Below, in pieces: positions 16,287 through 25,025 of a DNA stretch of 27,008 nucleotides; position 1 is the stretch's first letter; the number at the start of each line of letters is the position of its first letter. Position numbers and translations under genes: made by a program. The stretch comes from Patescibacteria group bacterium (GTDB lineage: Bacteria; Patescibacteriota; Minisyncoccia; UBA6257; HR35): positions 1-27,008 of the forward strand of contig JAMCWY010000023.1 of assembly GCA_023480925.1 (NCBI GenBank). Direction: 5' to 3'. The notes under the pieces were generated by a model. It was not told the DNA's origin and did not search any database. It was given only the letters and a program-made list of their open reading frames with translations.

Positions 16287-17954
16287 ATGAATCTAAAAGA
16301 AGAAGTTAAGGCTTTGATCCAAGGCGACGTTTTTGACGATGATAAAACTTTGGAAGAATATAGCGAGGATAAAAGTATTTTTAAAATTAAACCAAAACTG
16401 GTTGTTTTCCCAAGAGACGACAACGATATTGTCAAATTGGTCGAGTTCGTCCGCCAAAAGCGATCAAGAGGGGATTATTTGACCTTAACCGCTCGTTCGG
16501 CCGGAACGGATATGTCCGGCGGGCCTTTGACCGAATCGATTCTAATTGTTTTGACTAAGTATTTGAATCAGATTAAAGAGATTAACGACGACAGCGCCAT
16601 TGTTCAGCCGGGCGTTTATTACCACGATTTTGAAAAAGAAACATTGAAAAAAAATTTAATTATGCCATCTTACCCGGCCTCAAAAAATCTTTGCGCTTTG
16701 GGCGGAATGATCGCGAACGATTCAGGCGGCGAGCTGTCGCTTCAATATGGTAAGACGCATAATTTTGTTTTAGGTTTGAAAATCGTCTTAGCCGACGGTT
16801 TGGAATATTATTTCGAAAAATTAAACAAAGAACAATTGGAAAAAAAATTGGTCCAAAATAATTTTGAAGGAGAGATTTATCGTCAGACTTACGAGTTGAT
16901 AAAAAATAATTTTGATCTGATCGAAAAATCAAAACCGCTCGTTCATAAAAATTCTTCCGGTTATAATATTTGGGACGTTTACAAACCGGCCCGGCCAGAT
17001 CAACCCGAATCTTGTTTTGACTTGACCAAATTGTTTGTGGGATCGCAAGGAACTCTGGGTTTGATCACCGAGATTAAGGTTGGGTTGGTTAAAAGGAAAA
17101 AATTCGAGAAGTTGTATATAGTTCTGACTCAAGCGAATGATTTAAATCGTTTACCCGACTTTGTCAACGATGTTCTAAAAATCGAGCCGGATAGTTTTGA
17201 GGTTACCGACAAAAATACATTCAAACTTTTTTTGAAATACGCGCGAGAGATGGCTTCGCTTCTGGGCGGCCGGGGTTTGTTATCGACCGCCCGAATGTTT
17301 TTGCCTGAAGCCTTGATGATTGCGAAGAGATTAAGTCTGCCCGATTTAATCATTCTGGTTGATTTTTGGTCCGATGATGAAAATAAGCTGGAAATAAAAA
17401 TTAAAACCTTGGAGAAAATAGTCAATAATTACGGTTTTGGCGGTCGGCTTTGTCGTAATCAGACCGAAATTGAAAAATATTGGCGTCTTCGCCGCGACAC
17501 ATTTAAACTTTTAAGAGAAAAAATTAAAAATAAGTTGGCCGCGCCATTCATCGACGATTTAATTGTTCGGCCGGAGAATTTGCCGGAATTTTTGCCTCGG
17601 CTTTATAAAATTTTAGACCAAGCGAAAATCTTTTACACTATTTCTGGCCACATCGGCGAGGGCAATCTGCATATTATTCCATTGGTTGATATGACGAGCG
17701 AAACGGAACGGAAAAAAATTTTTGAGGTAACAGACAAAGTTTACGATCTGGTTATCCAATACCATGGCTCTTTAAGTGCCGAACATAATGATGGTTTGAT
17801 TCGCGGGCCTTATTTGAAGCAAGAGTTCGGCGACCAGGTTTTTGATTTGTTCGTTCAGATTAAAAAAATTTTTGACCCGGATAATATTTTTAACCCTCAT
17901 AAAAAAACAAACGCGGATAAAAATTACTCGTTCAGTTGGATTAGAAAATCTTAA
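16287..17954 (+). CDS. FAD-linked oxidase / dehydrogenase (GlcD / D-lactate dehydrogenase-like)
   Basis: PCMH-type FAD-binding N-domain (VVFPRDDNDIVKLVEF, ARSAGTDMSGGPL, LGGMIANDSGG) and C-terminal GSLSAEHNDGLIR. The start is 2 nt after the transketolase stop. Confidence 0.8.
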   Translation: MNLKEEVKALIQGDVFDDDKTLEEYSEDKSIFKIKPKLVVFPRDDNDIVKLVEFVRQKRSRGDYLTLTARSAGTDMSGGPLTESILIVLTKYLNQIKEINDDSAIVQPGVYYHDFEKETLKKNLIMPSYPASKNLCALGGMIANDSGGELSLQYGKTHNFVLGLKIVLADGLEYYFEKLNKEQLEKKLVQNNFEGEIYRQTYELIKNNFDLIEKSKPLVHKNSSGYNIWDVYKPARPDQPESCFDLTKLFVGSQGTLGLITEIKVGLVKRKKFEKLYIVLTQANDLNRLPDFVNDVLKIEPDSFEVTDKNTFKLFLKYAREMASLLGGRGLLSTARMFLPEALMIAKRLSLPDLIILVDFWSDDENKLEIKIKTLEKIVNNYGFGGRLCRNQTEIEKYWRLRRDTFKLLREKIKNKLAAPFIDDLIVRPENLPEFLPRLYKILDQAKIFYTISGHIGEGNLHIIPLVDMTSETERKKIFEVTDKVYDLVIQYHGSLSAEHNDGLIRGPYLKQEFGDQVFDLFVQIKKIFDPDNIFNPHKKTNADKNYSFSWIRKS

Positions 17955-17965
17955 TTAAAAAGAAA

Positions 17966-18075
17966 AACCAGTCGATATTTTTCCAAGCAGTTTTGCCTTT
18001 CTCAACCAAGAAAGGACTCAAACTAGTGTCTCCTTATTATTAAGGTCGACAAGAAAATTAACGACTGGTTCTTTT
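17966..18075 (+). other. structured 3' region: multi-hairpin closed by a 9-bp long-range stem plus U-rich tail (complex terminator or small RNA)
   Basis: AACCAGTCG (17966-17974) pairs with CGACTGGTT (18062-18070), followed by CTTTTATTAT. Enclosed hairpins are CCTTTCT-caacca-AGAAAGG (17996-18015) and CCTTA-ttat-TAAGG (18032-18045). Confidence 0.4.
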
Positions 18076-18144
18076 ATTATAGCATAAATTGTTTTTGGCT
18101 AAATTCGTTTTATAATATTTCAATTAACCCAATCAATAAAAATA

Positions 18145-19662
18145 ATGGATAATTTCTATAAAAATAAAGTTGATTTTAAGGTTAAGTCGGAAGGTCGAAT
18201 TGAGGGTGTCGTGATCGTGCCATTTGTTCAAAAGGAGGATATCTTAAAAACAGCCGCGGTTGGTTTAATTGAAAAAAAATCTCGCGACTTTCTTAAAACC
18301 TTAATAAAAAAAATTCCGAAACTGGATTTTAACTTAATTGACCTCGGCACCGATTCAATTTTACTAATTAAAATCGACAAAGAGACAAACTGGCGAATCG
18401 TTCAAACTTTAATCAGACAAGCCCTTCGTTTTTTAAAAGAGAATAATCGTGAAAAGATTTCATTTTGTCTGGCTGATTGGAAAATTCAATCTTTCGAGCC
18501 AAAGTCAATAGCGGAACTGATTGTTTCAAATTCGATTCTGGCCGATTTTGATTTTAGTCGATATTACAAAACTGAACCAAAAGATGGTTGGACGAAAATA
18601 AAAAGCGTAAGCTTGTTTGTCCGACCAAAAGATTTGGCTTCGGTTCGAGCGGGAATCAAGAGCGGGATTTTAATCGGTCAAGAAACGAACCGAGCGCGAT
18701 TTCTTTCTAATCTGCCCGGCGGCGATTTAAAACCAAGCGATCTCGTCGCGATTGCCCAATCGGTTAGCCGCGAGGTTGGTTTAAAAATAAAAGTTTTGAA
18801 CGCGAAAAATTTGGAGAAGATAAAAGCCGGCGGTTTATTGGGCGTCGGCCGCGGTTCAAAAGATAAACCGTATTTAATTATCATTGAACCGAGAGAAAAA
18901 CAAAAAAGGGCAGGGGAGTTTCATTTTATCGGCAAGGGCATTACTTTTGACACTGGCGGTTTGCACATCAAGGTTGGCGAAAATATGAAAGAAATGCAAA
19001 TGGATATGTCTGGTGCCGCTTCGGTTCTGGCCGCTTCAGCTTTGATCGCTCAATTAAAAATTCCAATTAATTTCGTTACCTTAATTCCAACCGCGGAAAA
19101 TATGATTTCCGGTGAAAGTTATCGACCGGGTGATATTTTAAAAAGTTTAAGCGGCCAGTCGATTGAGGTTGGTAGTCCAGACGCCGAAGGTCGAATCGTT
19201 TTAGCTGATGCTATTACTTACGGCAAAAAATTTTATCAACCTAATCTAATTGTTGAACTTTCAACTTTGACCGGCGCGTCTATGATTGCTTTGGGCACTA
19301 AAACCGCCGCTTTATTTACTTCTAATAATAAAATTGAACCGTTGTTGCGTCGGATCGGCGAAAGTTCAGGCGATTATGTTTGGCCTTTACCTATGGGCGA
19401 CGAGTACGCGGCTGAGATCAAAGCGCCTTTTGCCGACGTTTTAAATATTGGTAAAACTCGTTACGGCGGCGCCACCGCCGGTGCGATGTTTTTGTGGCAT
19501 TTCGCCCAACCAACCGACTTTGTTCATTTGGATATCGCGCCGAGAATGACCGCTGATGAGTCGGATCAGTTAAATCAAGGGTCAGTTGGTTTTGGTGTTC
19601 GTTATCTTAAAGAATTAGCCGAAGCGGCGGAAGAGTTTAAGGATGTGGTTGGAAAAAAATAG
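18145..19662 (+). CDS. pepA: leucyl aminopeptidase (M17)
   Basis: NRARFLSNLPGGDL, GKGITFDTGGLHIK, MQMDMSGAA, DAEGRIVLADA, LTGA. Confidence 0.9.
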   Translation: MDNFYKNKVDFKVKSEGRIEGVVIVPFVQKEDILKTAAVGLIEKKSRDFLKTLIKKIPKLDFNLIDLGTDSILLIKIDKETNWRIVQTLIRQALRFLKENNREKISFCLADWKIQSFEPKSIAELIVSNSILADFDFSRYYKTEPKDGWTKIKSVSLFVRPKDLASVRAGIKSGILIGQETNRARFLSNLPGGDLKPSDLVAIAQSVSREVGLKIKVLNAKNLEKIKAGGLLGVGRGSKDKPYLIIIEPREKQKRAGEFHFIGKGITFDTGGLHIKVGENMKEMQMDMSGAASVLAASALIAQLKIPINFVTLIPTAENMISGESYRPGDILKSLSGQSIEVGSPDAEGRIVLADAITYGKKFYQPNLIVELSTLTGASMIALGTKTAALFTSNNKIEPLLRRIGESSGDYVWPLPMGDEYAAEIKAPFADVLNIGKTRYGGATAGAMFLWHFAQPTDFVHLDIAPRMTADESDQLNQGSVGFGVRYLKELAEAAEEFKDVVGKK

Positions 19663-20587
19663 GAAATTAGCCGATTTCACCACGTTTAAACTGGGTGGAC
19701 CGGCTGACTTTTTAGTTAAATTAAAAAAGAGCGGCAAACTTAAAAAATTTTTAGAGTGGTTTGATCAAACTGAAAGAAAAAATTTGCCGATTTTAATTCT
19801 TGGCGGCGGCAGCAATCTTTTAATTAATGATCAAGGCTATCGCGGTTTAATCGTCAAACCGGAATTTAATCTGATCGAGTTACTCGGCGAAAAAATAGTC
19901 AAAGTTGAATCAGGCGCGATGATGACCGAACTGATCGAGTTCGTCGCTAATCAAGGTTTGGCCGGTTTGGAGTGGGCGGGAGGATTGCCGGGAACGGTTG
20001 GCGGAGCAGTTCGAGGCAACGCTGGTTGTTTCGGCGGCGAGATTAAAGATCAACTAATTGAAGTTGAAGCTTTGAATTTTAAAACAAAAAAAGTTGAAAT
20101 TTTCGAAAATCAAGCTTGTCAATTTTCTTATCGTCAATCTTTTTTTAAGCAGAACCCTGAATGGTTGATTTTGTCAGCAAAGTTTATTTTTAATCAGAAT
20201 AAATCGCCGCTTGAATTAAAAAAAATTATCTCAGAAAAAATTTTTTATCGCCAAAATCATCATCCTCTTGGTTATCCGAACGCCGGTAGTATTTTTAAAA
20301 ATATCCCTTTGGTCCAAGCCGGTTCAAAATTAAAAGATTTAGCCGAAAAAAAAGGCGTAATAAAAAATGATCCATTCCCGCTTATCCCGACGGCTTTTGT
20401 TATTAACGAACTTGGTTTGAAGGGTTGCCGGTTTGGCGGCGCGATGGTTTCAGACAAACACACGAATTTTATCGTCAATTTTAATCAAGCTCGAACGACC
20501 GACGTTGTCGTTTTAATTAATTTAATCAAAACGAAAGTTAAAAACGAATTTAATTTTGATTTGGAAGAAGAAATAAAAATAATTTAA
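19643..20587 (+). CDS. murB: UDP-N-acetylenolpyruvoylglucosamine reductase
   Basis: LADFTTFKLGGPADF, ILGGGSNLL, GLEWAGGLPGTVGGAVRGNAG, NAGSIFKN. Overlaps the pepA end by 20 nt. Confidence 0.9.
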   Translation: MWLEKNRKLADFTTFKLGGPADFLVKLKKSGKLKKFLEWFDQTERKNLPILILGGGSNLLINDQGYRGLIVKPEFNLIELLGEKIVKVESGAMMTELIEFVANQGLAGLEWAGGLPGTVGGAVRGNAGCFGGEIKDQLIEVEALNFKTKKVEIFENQACQFSYRQSFFKQNPEWLILSAKFIFNQNKSPLELKKIISEKIFYRQNHHPLGYPNAGSIFKNIPLVQAGSKLKDLAEKKGVIKNDPFPLIPTAFVINELGLKGCRFGGAMVSDKHTNFIVNFNQARTTDVVVLINLIKTKVKNEFNFDLEEEIKII

Positions 20588-20700
20588 ATAAAAAATTTTT
20601 TAAATTAAATTTTTTTATAAAAATTCTAAAAACAAAAATTAAAAATTTTGATCAACTTAGAGAAGGGAAGTGATCTGAACAACGGCCGGTCAGGTTTTCG

Positions 20701-20709
20701 TTATCCACA
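20701..20709 (+). promoter_or_regulatory. perfect DnaA-box consensus TTATCCACA
   Basis: Exact 9-mer, next to an almost pure A/T stretch at 20588-20650. Confidence 0.5.
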
Positions 20710-20876
20710 TTTTTGCTCTTGTTTTTTCAAAAAATAGTTTTAAAATTATTTAATGTCTATGAGGAAAGGTCGACCTCATCAAAAATTAAATGACCAGAAA
20801 AAGGGTGGTTAAAAAATAATGCCAGCAAAAAAGAAAGCAGCTAAAAAAAAGGGCAAGAAATAAAATCTTGCTGACG

Positions 20877-20917
20877 AAAATCCCCTCCGCGTTTTTTAAG
20901 GAGGGGATTTTCATTTT
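20877..20917 (+). terminator. intrinsic terminator after the Lys-rich micro-ORF
   Basis: 12-bp stem AAAATCCCCTCC (20877-20888) / GGAGGGGATTTT (20900-20911) with an 11-nt loop, followed by CATTTT. Confidence 0.7.
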
Positions 20918-21136
20918 AAGAAGATTTATTTTTTACTTTTTAAAAAATCAATAATATCTGACGTTGTTTTATTTGATTCAAGCGATTCAGTTTAATCTCA
21001 GTTGGCACTAATATTTTTTAAAAATATCAAAATACTTATATTGTTGTGAATAATAAGTGGATTTCTATGTCAAAATCCTTTATCCAAGCCAATTTTTAAT
21101 AAAGTTTAGTCTTTATTTTTATTTGTAAAAAAAATT

Positions 21137-21209
21137 TAGTGGTATAAAATGGAATATTTTAGTATATAAATGGTGAAATGTGGATAAGTATGTCGAATAT
21201 GTGGATATT
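21137..21209 (+). promoter_or_regulatory. helically phased TGG/GTGGAT repeat array with an extended -10 (TGGTATAAA, 21140-21148) upstream of mraZ; candidate MraZ operator, also matches DnaA boxes
   Basis: TGG cores start at 21140, 21150, 21171, 21181 and 21202, with a degenerate TCG at 21193. ATGTGGATA is repeated exactly at 21178-21186 and 21199-21207. TGTGGATAA at 21179-21187 is a perfect reverse DnaA box, and TGTGGATAT at 21200-21208 has one mismatch. Confidence 0.55.
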
Positions 21210-21231
21210 AAAACATTAAGTATTTTTATAA

Positions 21232-21663
21232 ATGTTAATAGGTGAATATAGGCATAATCTTGATCAAAAAGGGAGAATAGCAATACCGGCAAAGTTTAGA
21301 AATGATTTAATTCCGGGTTTGATTATAACCAAGGGCGTTGACGCCTGTTTGTTTGGTTTTCCTAAGACAGAGTGGGAGAAAGTGGTTGAAAAAATAAACA
21401 AATTACCAATTAGCCAGTCGAATTCTCGAGCTTTCGCTCGTTTGCTTTTATCGGGCGCTTTTGAGACCGAGGTTGACAAGCAGGGAAGAATTTTAATTCC
21501 GGAAAATCTTAGACAGTATGCTGGTTTGAGCAAAAGGGTTGTAAGCGTTGGAATCCAGAATCGAATCGAGATTTGGGATGAGAAGAAGTGGGATGAGTAC
21601 AAAAAGACAAGCGAGGAGAACGCCGAAGAAATTTCCGAACGTTTGGGTGACTTGGGAATTTAA
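21232..21663 (+). CDS. mraZ: transcriptional regulator MraZ
   Basis: 143 aa with two SpoVT/AbrB-like halves, each carrying DxxGR (LDQKGRIAIPAKFR and VDKQGRILIPENLR). Confidence 0.93.
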   Translation: MLIGEYRHNLDQKGRIAIPAKFRNDLIPGLIITKGVDACLFGFPKTEWEKVVEKINKLPISQSNSRAFARLLLSGAFETEVDKQGRILIPENLRQYAGLSKRVVSVGIQNRIEIWDEKKWDEYKKTSEENAEEISERLGDLGI

Positions 21664-21676
21664 ATCATGAGACTAA

Positions 21677-22573
21677 ATGTTTCATCAACCGGTTTTGCTC
21701 GAGGAGGTAATTTATTTCCTTAAACCCAAAGATGGCGATTGTTTTATTGACGCAACTTTTGGTTTTGGCGGTCACAGTTTGGCTTTGGCCGAACGGATCG
21801 GTCAAACTGGTCGGATTCTTGGTTTGGAATGGGATCCGGTCGTAATTAATCAAATCAATCAAATGCTTCAAAATAACAACGACGGTAAAAAAATCAGGGT
21901 GATTAATAAAAATTTTCGGCATATTAAAGAAATTGTCAAGACTGAATCGTTTACTAATATCCAGGGCGTAATTTTTGATTTAGGTTTTTCTAGTTTCGAT
22001 TTAGAAAATTCCGGTCGCGGTTTTAGTTTTCAAAAAGATGAACCATTGGATATGCGCTATAACCCCGAAGCGGTTAAGCTGACGGCCTTTGATCTGGTTA
22101 ATTATTCAACCAAAGAAGAATTAGTTGAAGTTTTGGAAAATTACGGCGAAGAAGAAGAGGCGGAAAGAGTGGCGCGAAAAATTATTGAAGTCAGAAAAAC
22201 CAAAAAGATTGAAAGTTCGAAAGAGTTAAGCCAAGTTATTTTTGAAGCGAAAAAAAGAAAAAGTCGGAAGATCAATCCGGCCACGAAAACTTTTATGGCT
22301 TTGCGAATGTTTATTAACCAAGAATTAGAAAATTTAAGAATTGGTTTGACTGATAGTTATGATCTCTTGGCCAGCGGCGGCCGAATTGTTATCATTAGTT
22401 TCAACGGTCTCGAGGATAAGACGATTAAATCGGTTTTCAAAGATTTAAAAAAACAAGACGGTCGAGTCGTGACCAAGCATGTGATTAAACCAAGCCAGGC
22501 GGAATTGAAAACAAACCGACGGTCTCGTTCAGCTCGATTGCGCGTCTTGGAAAAAAATAATGAACAAAAGTAG
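21677..22573 (+). CDS. rsmH: 16S rRNA (cytosine1402-N4)-methyltransferase
   Basis: HQPVLLEEV, DATFGFGGHS, FDLGFSS, SFNGLEDK. Lies directly after mraZ. Confidence 0.93.
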   Translation: MFHQPVLLEEVIYFLKPKDGDCFIDATFGFGGHSLALAERIGQTGRILGLEWDPVVINQINQMLQNNNDGKKIRVINKNFRHIKEIVKTESFTNIQGVIFDLGFSSFDLENSGRGFSFQKDEPLDMRYNPEAVKLTAFDLVNYSTKEELVEVLENYGEEEEAERVARKIIEVRKTKKIESSKELSQVIFEAKKRKSRKINPATKTFMALRMFINQELENLRIGLTDSYDLLASGGRIVIISFNGLEDKTIKSVFKDLKKQDGRVVTKHVIKPSQAELKTNRRSRSARLRVLEKNNEQK

Positions 22574-22868
22574 AAAACAAAAAAACCCACCACCTTTTTA
22601 TTGGTCATTTATTTTAGCTGTTGTTATTATCTTTGAGTTGGTGATTTTCATCAATGAGAAGATCTGGTCCCACGGTTACTTTTCGGCCAAGGTCGGAAGG
22701 GACGGGGGCCAGATCGAGAAGTTGACGGTTAATAACCAGAGACTCTATCAAGAGTTAGCCGATTTTTATAATCAAATCTTTAATAACATTAACCATCTCA
22801 AAACTCTTGGTTATAGCCAACCCAACCCGGAATTTTTGCCTGTTTACCAGTTGTCTTTAAAAAAATAA
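22560..22868 (+). CDS. FtsL-like cell-division membrane protein
   Basis: 102 aa with one TM helix (FYWSFILAVVIIFELVIFI) and then a coiled-coil-like segment. Its position between rsmH and ftsI is the canonical FtsL slot. Similarity is weak. Confidence 0.5.
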   Translation: MNKSRKQKNPPPFYWSFILAVVIIFELVIFINEKIWSHGYFSAKVGRDGGQIEKLTVNNQRLYQELADFYNQIFNNINHLKTLGYSQPNPEFLPVYQLSLKK

Positions 22869-22889
22869 TTGTTATAATCTCGTTTTTCG

Positions 22890-24596
22890 ATGAGGAGATT
22901 AAGGCCGGATAAAAATTTTTCAATTACGATCCTTTTGGGTTTTAATGTTTTGATTTGGGCGATTTTGATTTTTCATTTAGGCCAGCTTCAAATCGGTCAG
23001 GCAGCTTATTTCCAAAACAAAGCGGGTCTCTTGAACGATTTTACCGAAATTAGACCCGTTCGCGGCAATATTTACGTCCAAGACAAAGATGGGCACAGGT
23101 ACTTGGTTGCGACAACGATTAACGCTTACGACGTTTATTTTAACCCGCTTATGGTTAAAAATTTCAACCAAGAGGCTAATACGATCGCGCTGGATCTGAA
23201 TATTGACCCAAAAATTTTAAAAACAGCGACTCACTCGATTATGATCGCGAAAGATATTCCGAGCCAAGTTGAAAATCGTTTGATCTCTCTTCGTTATGAT
23301 TCGCTCTTTTTCAACCAGAAGTACCTGCGTTATTATCCGGAAGGAAATTTTCTCTCGCGAATTATCGGTTTTACTTCGTTCGATCAAAATAATAACTTAG
23401 TCGGTCGCTATGGCCTTGAAAGTTATTACAACGATCTTTTGGCCGGTCAACCCGGCTATCGGGATTCGTTTGGCCAAATTCAGCCGGCTGTGGCTGGAAG
23501 CGATTTGGTTTTGAATATTGATTATTTTGTTCAAAAGGAAGCGGAAAAAGTTTTGGTTGATGGTATTAAAAAGTATCGGGCTCAAGGCGGAAGCGCCAGC
23601 GGCGGCTTGATCGCGGTTGTCCGGCCAAACGGTCAGGTCGTGGCTGCGGCCGAATTTCCCAATTACAATTTGAACGATTTCCAAAATGTTCCGCCGAGCG
23701 ATTACGGAGTTTTTTTAAGCCGGTTGGTTGAAAATTACGAACCCGGTTCAGTTTTTAAGGCAATCACTTATTCGGCCGCGCTTCAAGAAGGTTTGATTAG
23801 CGAAAAGACAAAATATTTTGACCATGGTTACATTAACGTGGACGGTTGGAAAATTTGGAATTTTGATTATCAAGGTAGGGGAGAGGTAAGCTTGCTTCGA
23901 GCTTTCGAGGAATCTTTGAATACGGGTGCGGCTTACGTCGAAAGCTTATTGGGCAATCCGACTTTCCTTAGCTATGTCAAAAAATATCGGGTTGACCGAC
24001 GACCGGAAATCGATCTGCCGTATCTGACCAAGGGGGACATCAGCACTCTTTACCCGCCCTATGGTCGTAATGTTAATTATGTCACGGCTAGTTTTGGTCA
24101 AGGTGTTAGCTTGAGTCCCGCTGCGCTTTTAATGGTTTATAATGTTTTCGCCAACAACGGTATGATGTATAATCTATCATTGGTTAATAAGATAGTTTAT
24201 CCTAATGGTCAAATTGTTGATGAGAATCCAATTAAGATTGGTCAAATTATTAGTCTTCAAACGAATGATAAGTTCAAAAGATTTTTAGCTCAAGTTGTTA
24301 TCGCCGGTTCGGGTCAGTTCGCCAAGGTCCAAGGCTACACCATGGGCGGCAAAACCGGTTCAGCTTATATCCCGAATAAAAATAAAACCGGTTATTCTCA
24401 TGAATTAATTAACACCTTTATCGACATTTTGCCTTTAAATCAGCCTCAATTTATTGTTTTCGTCCAAATTGATAATCCGGGCGCCTTGTCTGAACTGACG
24501 GCCGTACCCTTGGCGAAAAAAATCAACGAGTTTCTGGTTAATTATTATAATATCCCGCCGGATAATTTGGCTGAACTGCGGCCGGCTTCAAATTAA
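22890..24596 (+). CDS. ftsI: class B penicillin-binding protein (peptidoglycan D,D-transpeptidase, FtsI/PBP2 type)
   Basis: N-terminal TM anchor and PBP dimerisation region. Transpeptidase motifs SVFK (SxxK), SLN (SxN) and KTGS (KTG). Confidence 0.88.
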   Translation: MRRLRPDKNFSITILLGFNVLIWAILIFHLGQLQIGQAAYFQNKAGLLNDFTEIRPVRGNIYVQDKDGHRYLVATTINAYDVYFNPLMVKNFNQEANTIALDLNIDPKILKTATHSIMIAKDIPSQVENRLISLRYDSLFFNQKYLRYYPEGNFLSRIIGFTSFDQNNNLVGRYGLESYYNDLLAGQPGYRDSFGQIQPAVAGSDLVLNIDYFVQKEAEKVLVDGIKKYRAQGGSASGGLIAVVRPNGQVVAAAEFPNYNLNDFQNVPPSDYGVFLSRLVENYEPGSVFKAITYSAALQEGLISEKTKYFDHGYINVDGWKIWNFDYQGRGEVSLLRAFEESLNTGAAYVESLLGNPTFLSYVKKYRVDRRPEIDLPYLTKGDISTLYPPYGRNVNYVTASFGQGVSLSPAALLMVYNVFANNGMMYNLSLVNKIVYPNGQIVDENPIKIGQIISLQTNDKFKRFLAQVVIAGSGQFAKVQGYTMGGKTGSAYIPNKNKTGYSHELINTFIDILPLNQPQFIVFVQIDNPGALSELTAVPLAKKINEFLVNYYNIPPDNLAELRPASN

Positions 24597-24690
24597 CTTG
24601 TTTTAAGTGATTAACTAATCTTATTTAAACTTATCCCGGATTATTTAAATCAAAAAGTTGGAAGGGGAGAAAATAAAAGAAAAAACAGAG

Positions 24691-24719
24691 TTGCCAAAAA
24701 TTTTAAAATCATTTATACT
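24691..24719 (+). promoter_or_regulatory. sigma70-type promoter for rpsR (TTGCCA, 17 nt spacer, TATACT)
   Basis: TTGCCA at 24691-24696 and TATACT at 24714-24719, about 66 nt upstream of the rpsR start. Confidence 0.5.
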
Positions 24720-24785
24720 TATAAGGTAGATGATTTTTAGTTAGGTTCGGTTATTAAAATTAATTGACAATTAAAGCAAATCAAA

Positions 24786-24983
24786 ATGAGTTGTTATTTT
24801 TGTTCCCAGAATACCCGCGAGATTGATTTTCGCGACATCGAAACCTTGAGAAAATTTATTTCCGTCGGGATGAAGATTAAACCAAAGAAAAAAACTAATT
24901 TGTGTTCGTTCCATCAAAGAAAGATGAGCCAAGCGGTTAAAACCGCCAAACAGCTGGCCTTGTTGCCGTACTTGCCTTATTAG
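24786..24983 (+). CDS. rpsR: 30S ribosomal protein bS18
   Basis: 65 aa. CYFC...IDFRDIETLRKFIS...KI.P...T.LC..HQRK...AVK.A...ALLPY is the bS18 signature. Confidence 0.9.
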   Translation: MSCYFCSQNTREIDFRDIETLRKFISVGMKIKPKKKTNLCSFHQRKMSQAVKTAKQLALLPYLPY

Positions 24984-25025
24984 TTTTTCTCCGGCGCGGT
25001 CAAATCTTTATTAGTTTAAAAAATT

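Noticed and set aside
14829-17425. Alternative-frame and antisense ORFs within the transketolase halves and the FAD oxidase (for example 15374..15697, 15486..15740, 16660..16932, 17129..17425)
   Set aside because: They overlap strongly supported genes and their products are Arg/Ser-rich with no motifs.
21264-21922. Minus-strand ORFs 21264..21602 and 21665..21922 opposite mraZ and rsmH
   Set aside because: They are antisense shadows of two conserved genes.
24786-24983. Solitary rpsR, not in an rpsF-ssb-rpsR operon, as an anomaly
   Set aside because: The gene is intact and has its own plausible promoter. Operon dispersal is common in reduced genomes, so this is not informative on its own.
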